From the NCBI RefSeq assembly GCF_048403405.1, contig NZ_CP183129.1: DNA of 64,000 nt; one strand, given 5' to 3'. The notes beneath the pieces were generated by a model, which was given only the letters and a program-made list of their open reading frames with translations, had not been told where the DNA came from and did not search any database. Made by a program: the position numbers and the translations under genes. This document shows, piece by piece, positions 55,606 through 64,000 of this stretch (position 1 is the first letter of the stretch; each line of letters begins with the position of its first letter). The DNA comes from Escherichia coli. Lineage in GTDB: Bacteria; Pseudomonadota; Gammaproteobacteria; Enterobacterales; Enterobacteriaceae.

Positions 55606-56376
55606 ATGCAAACTGAGCAACAGCGAGCCGTAACACGGCTTTGTATCCAGTGTGGATTATTTCTTTTGCAACATGGTGCGGAAAGCGCGTTGGTTGATGA
55701 GCTTTCCTCACGACTGGGTCGGGCGTTGGGAATGGACAGCGTCGAAAGTTCTATCTCTTCGAACGCCATAGTGCTGACAACCATCAAAGATGGGCAATGC
55801 CTGACATCGACACGAAAAAATCACGATCGCGGCATTAATATGCATGTGGTGACTGAAGTCCAGCACATTGTGATTCTGGCGGAGCATCATCTGCTGGATT
55901 ACAAAGGTGTAGAGAAACGATTTAGCCAAATTCAGCCATTACGTTACCCGAGATGGCTGGTAGCCTTAATGGTCGGCCTTTCTTGCGCCTGTTTCTGTAA
56001 ACTCAATAAAGGTGGCTGGGATGGTGCCGTCATCACCTTCTTTGCCAGTACGGTCGCGATGTATATCCGCCAGCTGCTGGCACAACGTCATCTTCATCCA
56101 CAGATCAACTTTTGCCTCACCGCTTTCGCCGCCACCACCATTTCCGGTTTGCTTTTGCAACTTCCCACTTTCAGCAATACACCCACTATCGCGATGGCCG
56201 CCAGCGTTCTGCTGCTGGTGCCGGGTTTTCCGTTGATTAATGCCGTCGCCGATATGTTTAAAGGCCACATCAATACCGGACTGGCACGCTGGGCGATCGC
56301 CAGTCTGCTGACACTGGCTACCTGCGTCGGCGTAGTAATGGCACTGACGATTTGGGGGCTACGCGGATGGGTGTGA
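55606..56376 (+). CDS. yjjP: inner membrane protein YjjP
   Basis: 256 aa from MQTEQQRAV... Confidence 0.8.
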
Positions 56377-56840
56377 TCGAATTTCTGTTAGCGTTGGCGC
56401 AGGATATGATCCTCGCCGCCATTCCTGCGGTCGGCTTTGCGATGGTGTTCAACGTTCCCGTGCGGGCGTTACGCTGGTGTGCGCTGCTTGGCTCGATAGG
56501 TCATGGTTCCCGAATGATCTTAATGACCAGCGGGCTGAATATTGAGTGGTCAACTTTTATGGCTTCTATGCTGGTCGGCACCATTGGTATTCAATGGTCG
56601 CGCTGGTATCTGGCGCATCCGAAAGTGTTTACCGTGGCGGCTGTTATTCCTATGTTCCCTGGCATATCGGCTTATACCGCAATGATTTCGGCGGTAAAAA
56701 TCAGCCAGCTAGGTTACAGCGAACCGTTGATGATTACCCTGTTAACCAACTTTCTTACAGCTTCATCAATTGTTGGTGCGTTATCCATCGGTCTTTCCAT
56801 TCCTGGATTATGGTTGTACCGCAAGCGCCCTCGCGTATAA
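56367..56840 (+). CDS. yjjB: inner membrane protein YjjB
   Basis: 157 aa, overlaps the yjjP stop. Confidence 0.8.
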
Positions 56841-56946
56841 AATTGCCTCGCTTAAGCACACGGATGAGAGACAGCCTCCTCTCCTCCGTGTGTTACTATA
56901 AAAGTTATCTCCCTTCTCGTTCATCGTTCCATATTTGAGAAACAGT

Positions 56947-57486
56947 ATGTCTTCCAGAGTTTTGACCCCGGACGTCGTTGGTATTGACGCCCTGGTACAC
57001 GATCACCAAACCGTTCTGGCAAAAGCTGAAGGCGGTGTGGTTGCCGTATTTGCTAACAATGCCCCGGCGTTTTATGCCGTCACGCCTGCACGCCTGGCTG
57101 AACTGCTAGCGCTGGAAGAAAAGCTGGCGCGTCCGGGAAGCGATGTCGCTCTGGACGATCAACTCTATCAGGAACCGCAAGTTGCTCCCGTTGCTGTACC
57201 CATGGGGAAATTCGCCATGTATCCGGACTGGCAACCCGATGCCGACTTTATCCGCCTGGCGGCGCTATGGGGCGTGGCACTAAGAGAGCCGGTGACCACC
57301 GAAGAACTGGCCTCATTCATTGCCTACTGGCAGGCGGAAGGTAAAGTCTTTCACCATGTGCAGTGGCAACAAAAACTGGCGCGCAGCCTGCAAATCGGTC
57401 GTGCCAGCAACGGCGGACTGCCGAAACGAGATGTGAATACGGTCAGTGAACCTGACAGCCAAATTCCACCAGGATTCAGAGGGTAA
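56947..57486 (+). CDS. dnaT: primosomal protein DnaT
   Basis: 179 aa, ends ...SQIPPGFRG. Confidence 0.9.
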   Translation: MSSRVLTPDVVGIDALVHDHQTVLAKAEGGVVAVFANNAPAFYAVTPARLAELLALEEKLARPGSDVALDDQLYQEPQVAPVAVPMGKFAMYPDWQPDADFIRLAALWGVALREPVTTEELASFIAYWQAEGKVFHHVQWQQKLARSLQIGRASNGGLPKRDVNTVSEPDSQIPPGFRG

Positions 57487-57488
57487 CG

Positions 57489-58226
57489 ATGAAAAACGTT
57501 GGCGACCTGATGCAACGCCTGCAAAAAATGATGCCTGCCCATATCAAACCTGCGTTCAAAACGGGTGAAGAACTACTGGCCTGGCAGAAAGAACAAGGGG
57601 CGATCCGCTCCGCCGCTCTCGAACGTGAAAATCGGGCGATGAAAATGCAGCGCACCTTTAACCGCTCCGGTATTCGTCCACTGCATCAGAACTGCTCCTT
57701 TGAGAACTATCGCGTTGAGTGTGAAGGGCAGATGAATGCGTTAAGCAAAGCGCGCCAGTATGTCGAAGAGTTTGACGGCAACATCGCCAGCTTCATCTTT
57801 TCTGGTAAGCCAGGAACCGGCAAAAACCATCTGGCGGCGGCAATCTGCAACGAGCTGCTGCTACGCGGTAAATCCGTATTGATTATCACCGTGGCCGATA
57901 TTATGTCGGCGATGAAAGATACCTTCAGGAATAGCGGTACCAGCGAAGAACAACTGCTTAACGATCTGAGCAATGTTGATCTGCTGGTGATCGATGAGAT
58001 CGGCGTGCAAACCGAATCGAAATACGAAAAAGTGATCATCAACCAGATCGTCGATCGCCGCTCTTCTTCCAAACGCCCAACCGGGATGCTGACCAACAGT
58101 AATATGGAAGAGATGACCAAGTTGCTGGGCGAACGCGTGATGGACCGTATGCGCCTGGGTAACAGTTTGTGGGTGATCTTCAACTGGGATAGCTACCGTA
58201 GCCGGGTAACGGGTAAAGAGTATTAA
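57489..58226 (+). CDS. dnaC: helicase loader DnaC
   Basis: 245 aa; Walker A GKPGTGKNHLA. Confidence 0.95.
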   Translation: MKNVGDLMQRLQKMMPAHIKPAFKTGEELLAWQKEQGAIRSAALERENRAMKMQRTFNRSGIRPLHQNCSFENYRVECEGQMNALSKARQYVEEFDGNIASFIFSGKPGTGKNHLAAAICNELLLRGKSVLIITVADIMSAMKDTFRNSGTSEEQLLNDLSNVDLLVIDEIGVQTESKYEKVIINQIVDRRSSSKRPTGMLTNSNMEEMTKLLGERVMDRMRLGNSLWVIFNWDSYRSRVTGKEY

Positions 58227-58271
58227 TCCCCGTTTCTGGCGGTATACTGCGACACAATTCCACCTTGAGTA

Positions 58272-58769
58272 ATGATGATGAAAACTGTTAAACATCTTCT
58301 GTGCTGTGCCATTGCCGCCAGCGCATTAATTTCCACCGGGGTGCATGCTGCGTCCTGGAAAGATGCGCTCTCCAGCGCCGCCAGCGAACTTGGCAACCAA
58401 AACAGCACGACACAGGAAGGCGGTTGGTCGCTCGCGTCATTAACTAACTTGCTTAGCAGCGGAAACCAGGCCTTAAGCGCAGATAACATGAACAATGCCG
58501 CAGGCATTCTGCAATACTGCGCGAAGCAAAAGCTGGCTTCGGTAACCGATGCCGAAAACATCAAGAATCAGGTACTGGAAAAACTGGGCCTGAACAGTGA
58601 AGAGCAAAAAGAAGACACCAACTATCTGGATGGCATTCAGGGTTTGCTGAAAACTAAAGATGGTCAGCAACTCAATCTGGATAATATCGGAACGACTCCG
58701 CTGGCAGAAAAGGTGAAAACCAAAGCCTGCGATCTGGTGTTAAAGCAGGGGCTGAACTTCATTTCCTGA
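58272..58769 (+). CDS. yjjA: secreted protein YjjA
   Basis: Signal peptide MMMKTVKHLLCCAIAASALISTGVHA. Confidence 0.8.
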   Translation: MMMKTVKHLLCCAIAASALISTGVHAASWKDALSSAASELGNQNSTTQEGGWSLASLTNLLSSGNQALSADNMNNAAGILQYCAKQKLASVTDAENIKNQVLEKLGLNSEEQKEDTNYLDGIQGLLKTKDGQQLNLDNIGTTPLAEKVKTKACDLVLKQGLNFIS

Positions 58770-59022
58770 ACCGCGAAACGCCGCGTTTTAGCTGTTACCC
58801 GGCTGACGCGGCTCTCTCCTGCCCTTTTCCCTGCTCCTGGACGGTTTTCCCCCTGTTACACGGGAAGCGACCGTAATCAAAAAAGTCTGTTTATAAACTA
58901 ATTCCTAACAACATCGCATTTTTTTGACACTAGAATTGCAGCAATATGGCGACGCCATTACATTGTGCTTCTCAAAAAGCTTAAACGTTGGCTAAACGGC
59001 CCGGTTTAGTGAGGATCGCCCG

Positions 59023-61314
59023 TTGTCAGAACTACTCTCTTTCGCCCTTTTTCTCGCCTCTGTGCTGATTTACGCATGGAAAGCGGGACGTAACACCTGG
59101 TGGTTTGCAGCCACATTAACGGTACTGGGGCTATTTGTCGTTTTAAATATCACCCTGTTTGCCAGCGACTATTTTACTGGCGATGGTATTAACGACGCGG
59201 TTCTCTATACCTTAACCAACAGCCTGACCGGTGCTGGTGTCAGTAAATACATCCTGCCTGGTATCGGCATTGTGCTGGGGCTGACGGCGGTGTTCGGTGC
59301 GCTGGGCTGGATCCTGCGCCGTCGTCGCCATCATCCGCACCATTTTGGTTACAGCCTGCTGGCACTCTTACTGGCGCTGGGCTCAGTGGATGCCAGCCCG
59401 GCATTTCGTCAGATAACGGAACTGGTGAAATCCCAGTCACGCGACGGCGACCCGGACTTTGCGGCTTATTATAAAGAGCCGTCGAAAACTATCCCTGACC
59501 CGAAACTCAACCTGGTTTATATCTACGGCGAAAGTCTCGAGCGGACCTATTTTGATAACGAGGCTTTCCCGGATCTCACGCCTGAACTGGGCGCGTTGAA
59601 AAATGAAGGCCTGGATTTCAGCCACACGCAGCAGCTGCCGGGAACAGATTACACGATTGCGGGCATGGTGGCTTCTCAGTGTGGCATTCCGCTTTTTGCC
59701 CCCTTTGAAGGCAACGCCTCCGCTTCTGTCTCCAGCTTCTTCCCGCAGAACATCTGTCTGGGCGATATCCTGAAAAACTCGGGTTATCAGAACTATTTCG
59801 TGCAGGGCGCGAATCTGCGTTTTGCCGGTAAAGATGTGTTCCTGAAGTCGCATGGCTTCGACCACTTATACGGCTCAGAAGAGCTGAAAAGCGTGGTGGC
59901 CGACCCGCACTATCGCAACGACTGGGGATTCTACGACGATACCGTTCTCGATGAAGCGTGGAAAAAGTTTGAAGAGCTTTCCCGCTCAGGTCAGCGATTC
60001 TCACTGTTTACCCTGACAGTCGATACCCATCACCCGGATGGTTTTATCTCGCGTACCTGTAACCGCAAAAAATATGATTTTGACGGTAAGCCGAATCAGT
60101 CATTCAGCGCGGTAAGTTGCAGCCAGGAGAATATCGCGACGTTTATCAACAAAATCAAAGCGTCACCGTGGTTTAAAGATACTGTTATCGTCGTCTCTTC
60201 TGACCATTTAGCGATGAACAACACGGCGTGGAAATACCTTAATAAGCAGGATCGCAATAACCTGTTTTTTGTCATCCGTGGCGACAAGCCGCAGCAAGAG
60301 ACGCTGGCAGTGAAGCGTAACACGATGGATAACGGCGCGACGGTGCTGGACATTCTCGGTGGCGATAACTATCTCGGACTTGGTCGTAGCAGTTTATCCG
60401 GGCAGTCGATGTCGGAAATCTTCCTCAATATCAAAGAGAAAACATTGGCGTGGAAGCCGGATATCATCCGCCTGTGGAAATTCCCTAAAGAGATGAAAGA
60501 GTTCACCATCGACCAGCAGAAAAACATGATTGCCTTCTCGGGTAGCCATTTCCGTTTGCCGCTGCTGTTGCGGGTTTCAGACAAACGCGTGGAACCGCTG
60601 CCGGAAAGTGAATACTCAGCACCGCTGCGTTTCCAGCTGGCCGATTTCGCTCCACGCGACAATTTCGTCTGGGTTGACCGTTGCTACAAGATGGCACAAC
60701 TTTGGGCTCCGGAACTGGCACTCTCCACCGACTGGTGTGTCTCGCAAGGGCAGCTTGGCGGTCAGCAAATTGTCCAGCATGTTGACAAAACAACATGGAA
60801 GGGCAAAACGGCATTTAAAGATACGGTCATCGACATGGCGCGTTACAAAGGCAATGTCGATACGCTGAAGATTGTTGATAACGATATTCGCTACAAAGCC
60901 GACAGTTTCATCTTTAACGTCGCTGGTGCGCCAGAAGAGGTGAAACAGTTTAGCGGGATTTCTCGTCCAGAGTCGTGGGGCCGCTGGTCCAACGCACAGC
61001 TGGGCGATGAAGTAAAAATCGAGTACAAGCATCCGCTGCCGAAGAAATTTGACCTGGTGATTACCGCCAAAGCATACGGCAATAACGCCAGCCGTCCTAT
61101 TCCGGTACGCGTAGGCAATGAAGAACAAACCCTTGTGCTGGGCAATGAAGTGACCACCACCACACTGCATTTCGATAACCCAACCGATGCAGACACACTG
61201 GTAATTGTGCCGCCGGAACCTGTCTCAACCAACGAAGGGAATATCCTCGGACACTCGCCGCGTAAGCTCGGGATCGGCATGGTGGAAATTAAAGTGGTAG
61301 AACGTGAAGGGTAA
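59023..61314 (+). CDS. opgB: phosphoglycerol transferase I (OPG biosynthesis)
   Basis: 763 aa; N-terminal TM segments plus sulfatase-like domain. Confidence 0.9.
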   Translation: MSELLSFALFLASVLIYAWKAGRNTWWFAATLTVLGLFVVLNITLFASDYFTGDGINDAVLYTLTNSLTGAGVSKYILPGIGIVLGLTAVFGALGWILRRRRHHPHHFGYSLLALLLALGSVDASPAFRQITELVKSQSRDGDPDFAAYYKEPSKTIPDPKLNLVYIYGESLERTYFDNEAFPDLTPELGALKNEGLDFSHTQQLPGTDYTIAGMVASQCGIPLFAPFEGNASASVSSFFPQNICLGDILKNSGYQNYFVQGANLRFAGKDVFLKSHGFDHLYGSEELKSVVADPHYRNDWGFYDDTVLDEAWKKFEELSRSGQRFSLFTLTVDTHHPDGFISRTCNRKKYDFDGKPNQSFSAVSCSQENIATFINKIKASPWFKDTVIVVSSDHLAMNNTAWKYLNKQDRNNLFFVIRGDKPQQETLAVKRNTMDNGATVLDILGGDNYLGLGRSSLSGQSMSEIFLNIKEKTLAWKPDIIRLWKFPKEMKEFTIDQQKNMIAFSGSHFRLPLLLRVSDKRVEPLPESEYSAPLRFQLADFAPRDNFVWVDRCYKMAQLWAPELALSTDWCVSQGQLGGQQIVQHVDKTTWKGKTAFKDTVIDMARYKGNVDTLKIVDNDIRYKADSFIFNVAGAPEEVKQFSGISRPESWGRWSNAQLGDEVKIEYKHPLPKKFDLVITAKAYGNNASRPIPVRVGNEEQTLVLGNEVTTTTLHFDNPTDADTLVIVPPEPVSTNEGNILGHSPRKLGIGMVEIKVVEREG

Positions 61315-61452
61315 TTCCTGACTGATGTGTAGGTCGCATAAGGTGCGACCTACACACCTTCTCCGGCCTACAAAACATCATTGAGAAACAGAAAAAAACA
61401 GCGCCCAACACTTCCCCGGACGCTGCATGGCAACTTTAATAATCTCGCCTTA

Positions 61453-62475
61453 TCAGAAAGTAATTACACCCTTAATCAACTCACGATTGTTAATCACATC
61501 GCGCTCGTAGGTTTCTGCCAGCGTGGCGAACGGATAGCGATGGGTTAACATCATGTCGGCAGTGATTTTCCCTTCCGCCATCAGTCGACCGACTTTAGCG
61601 AAATCTTCCGGCGTGGCGTTGCGGCTGCCCATCATCGTCGTTTCTTTTTTATGGAATTCCGGATCGGAGAACTGCAACTCACCTTTAAACAGGCCGACAA
61701 ATACCACCGTGCCGCCGTGACGAATCAGATTCACGGTGTTATTCATCGCATGTTGATTACCTGTCGCGTCGATCACTTTCTGCGCCAGAGAACCACCAAA
61801 CTGCGCCCGCAGCTGCGCGTCAAAATCTTCGGCTGACGGGTCCAGTACAGGTAATTCCAGACGTGTTGCCACATGTTCACGGCGCGCCGGACTGGTATCC
61901 GCCACCACCACCTGTGCGCCATCGGCTTTAGCGATTGCCGCCGCGCCCAGACCGATTGGCCCCGCCCCGACCACCAGCACCTGCTCGCCGGGAGCAATGG
62001 CTGCGCGACGCACCGCATGAGCGCTAATAGCGAAAGGTTCAATCAATGCTGCCGCCTGCGGGTCAATACCATCTGCGGGCAAAATGTTCGCCACCGGCAC
62101 GCTCAAATACTCACTAAAACCGCCATCCTGATGCACGCCAATGACTGAAATTTTTTCACAGCAATTGGTACGCCCGCTTTTACACGCCGGGCATTGCTGA
62201 CAGGCAACATAAGGGATCACCGCTACTTGCTGTCCATTTTTAAGATTTGCAATATTTTTACCCAGCCCAACAATCTCCCCACATATTTCATGGCCTAAAA
62301 CGCGTGGATAACTAAAAAATGGTTGATTTCCACCCCAGGCATGAATATCGGTACCGCAAATCCCGACAGACTTAATTTTTATTAATGCTTCATTGTCACC
62401 CGGAATAGGTATCTCGCGTTGTTTCCAGACTAATTCTTTCGGCTGCTGGCAAATTAAAACATTCATCGTAGACAT
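61453..62475 (-). CDS. lgoD: L-galactonate-5-dehydrogenase (Zn-dependent alcohol dehydrogenase family)
   Basis: 340 aa from MSTMNVLICQ...; GHE..GE and GxGxxG motifs. Confidence 0.85.
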   Translation of the reverse strand: MSTMNVLICQQPKELVWKQREIPIPGDNEALIKIKSVGICGTDIHAWGGNQPFFSYPRVLGHEICGEIVGLGKNIANLKNGQQVAVIPYVACQQCPACKSGRTNCCEKISVIGVHQDGGFSEYLSVPVANILPADGIDPQAAALIEPFAISAHAVRRAAIAPGEQVLVVGAGPIGLGAAAIAKADGAQVVVADTSPARREHVATRLELPVLDPSAEDFDAQLRAQFGGSLAQKVIDATGNQHAMNNTVNLIRHGGTVVFVGLFKGELQFSDPEFHKKETTMMGSRNATPEDFAKVGRLMAEGKITADMMLTHRYPFATLAETYERDVINNRELIKGVITF

Positions 62476-62613
62476 GATTCGGCTCTCCATTTTTTGTTGC
62501 CTTAGATATCAATGAAAATGAAAAATGGCAGCGGAACGGAAAATCTGTTTTGTGAAAACACACGCATAAAAATGTTTTAAATCGGGTTTTAATGGACTCA
62601 CAAGGAGGAAAAT

Positions 62614-63528
62614 ATGAGTCGTTCACAAAATTTACGCCACAATGTGATTAACCAGGTCATTGATGATATGGCGCGGGGTCATATCCCTTCCCCACTTCCA
62701 TCGCAAAGTGCGCTGGCGGAAATGTACAACATCAGCCGCACTACAGTGCGTCATATTCTCAGCCACTTACGCGAATGCGGCGTCTTAACGCAGGTTGGAA
62801 ACGACTATGTTATTGCGCGTAAACCTGACCATGATGACGGTTTCGCCTGTACTACCGCTTCAATGAGTGAACAAAACAAAGTGTTTGAGCAGGCTTTTTT
62901 CACGATGATAAACCAGCGCCAGTTACGCCCTGGGGAAACTTTTTCTGAACTGCAACTGGCTCGGGCCGCGGGTGTCAGCCCGGTTGTAGTAAGAGAATAT
63001 CTTTTAAAATTCGGCCGTTATAATCTTATTCAAAGCGAAAAGCGCGGCCAGTGGAGCATGAAGCAATTCGATCAATCCTACGCCGAGCAGCTGTTTGAAC
63101 TACGCGAAATGCTCGAAACACATTCACTTCAGCACTTTCTCAACCTGCCTGATCATGATCCCCGCTGGCTGCAGGCGAAAACCATGCTCGAACGTCATCG
63201 GCTACTGCGTGACAACATCGGCAATAGCTTTCGCATGTTCTCGCAACTTGACAGAGATTTTCACTCCTTACTGCTTTCAGCTGCCGACAATATCTTTTTT
63301 GATCAATCTCTTGAGATCATCTCAGTCATCTTTCATTTTCACTATCAATGGGACGAAAGCGATCTTAAACAGCGCAATATCATTGCCGTTGATGAGCATA
63401 TGACCATTCTCAGCGCTCTGATTTGCCGCAGTGACCTTGATGCCACCCTTGCGCTCCGTAACCATTTGAATTCAGCTAAACAATCAATGATTCGATCCAT
63501 TAATGAGAACACGCGTTATGCTCATTAA
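62614..63528 (+). CDS. lgoR: GntR-family transcriptional regulator LgoR
   Basis: 304 aa; N-terminal GntR HTH. Confidence 0.85.
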   Translation: MSRSQNLRHNVINQVIDDMARGHIPSPLPSQSALAEMYNISRTTVRHILSHLRECGVLTQVGNDYVIARKPDHDDGFACTTASMSEQNKVFEQAFFTMINQRQLRPGETFSELQLARAAGVSPVVVREYLLKFGRYNLIQSEKRGQWSMKQFDQSYAEQLFELREMLETHSLQHFLNLPDHDPRWLQAKTMLERHRLLRDNIGNSFRMFSQLDRDFHSLLLSAADNIFFDQSLEIISVIFHFHYQWDESDLKQRNIIAVDEHMTILSALICRSDLDATLALRNHLNSAKQSMIRSINENTRYAH

Positions 63529-63742
63529 GTACGGATTAAAAACAGCAAACTATTAGCGGGTGCACGGTTTTATCAAAAGATAAATACCGGGAAATTCCCG
63601 CTTACCTATGCTCACAATCAGTCGACTAAAAATGTTTTTGTGAGCGGTAGTAAAGTCCTAAAACTTTAACCTGCCGTTAATGTCAACCTTGCGTAATGCA
63701 CAATTACGTAAACAATTAAAATTATAAATACAGGAGTCCGGC

Positions 63743-64000
63743 GTGGAAAAAGAAAATATCACCCTCGATCCGCGTTCTTCATTTACTCCATCTTCGTCGG
63801 CAGATATTCCCGTGCCACCAGATGGATTAGTTCAACGCAGTACCCGAATTAAACGCATTCAAACCACCGCCATGTTGTTATTATTTTTTGCGGCGGTAAT
63901 CAATTATCTCGACCGCAGTTCGCTGTCGGTAGCAAATTTAACGATTCGTGAAGAATTGGGATTAAGTGCCACCGAAATCGGCGCTTTGCTCTCCGTGTTT
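63743..64000 (+). CDS. lgoT: L-galactonate transporter (MFS), partial, probable GTG start
   Basis: RBS caggag then gtg gaa aaa gaa aat...; hydrophobic segment LLLFFAAVINYLDRSSLSVANL; not in the ORF track because it runs off the window. Confidence 0.65.
   Translation, partial: MEKENITLDPRSSFTPSSSADIPVPPDGLVQRSTRIKRIQTTAMLLLFFAAVINYLDRSSLSVANLTIREELGLSATEIGALLSVF

Overview
This window is Escherichia coli chromosome, in reverse orientation relative to the K-12 map, running from prfC to lgoT. A lambdoid prophage of about 48.2 kb (about 822..49070) is inserted into the 5' end of prfC, between prfC and yjjG. All identifications are by reading the sequence and ORF translations and by recall of protein families; no database search was run. 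The prophage is a mosaic: a lambda-like packaging/head/tail block on the minus strand (Nu1 through J, lom, stf), with the lambda cos site at 27926..27937; a Qin/Rac-like late region (Q, pinholin S, SAR endolysin R, Rz/Rz1, three cold-shock paralogs, gnsB-, ynfN- and ydfK-like genes, a PinQ/PinR-like serine recombinase); and a CPS-53-like early-left region (yfdQ/R/S/T-like genes, AlpA-type excisionase, P4-type integrase). Notable points: the phage supplies a surrogate prfC 5' end while the original one is left orphaned beside yjjG; an IS1 with 9-bp target duplications sits exactly at the U/V junction of the tail operon; a DicF-like sRNA with an intrinsic terminator lies in the leader downstream of the cI-like repressor; the replication protein carries a DnaT-like C-terminal tail and no helicase loader was recognised; an AT-rich 239-aa gene of unknown function sits between xis and int. 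I did not find a clearly novel multi-gene system; the most plausible candidates for undescribed function are the 239-aa AT-rich gene and the coupled 278-aa/78-aa ORFs in the replication module. Host flank: yjjG, rimI, holD, rsmC, three tRNA-Leu(CAG), yjjZ, fhuF, bglJ, yjjQ, yjjP, yjjB, dnaT, dnaC, yjjA, opgB, lgoD, lgoR, lgoT (partial).
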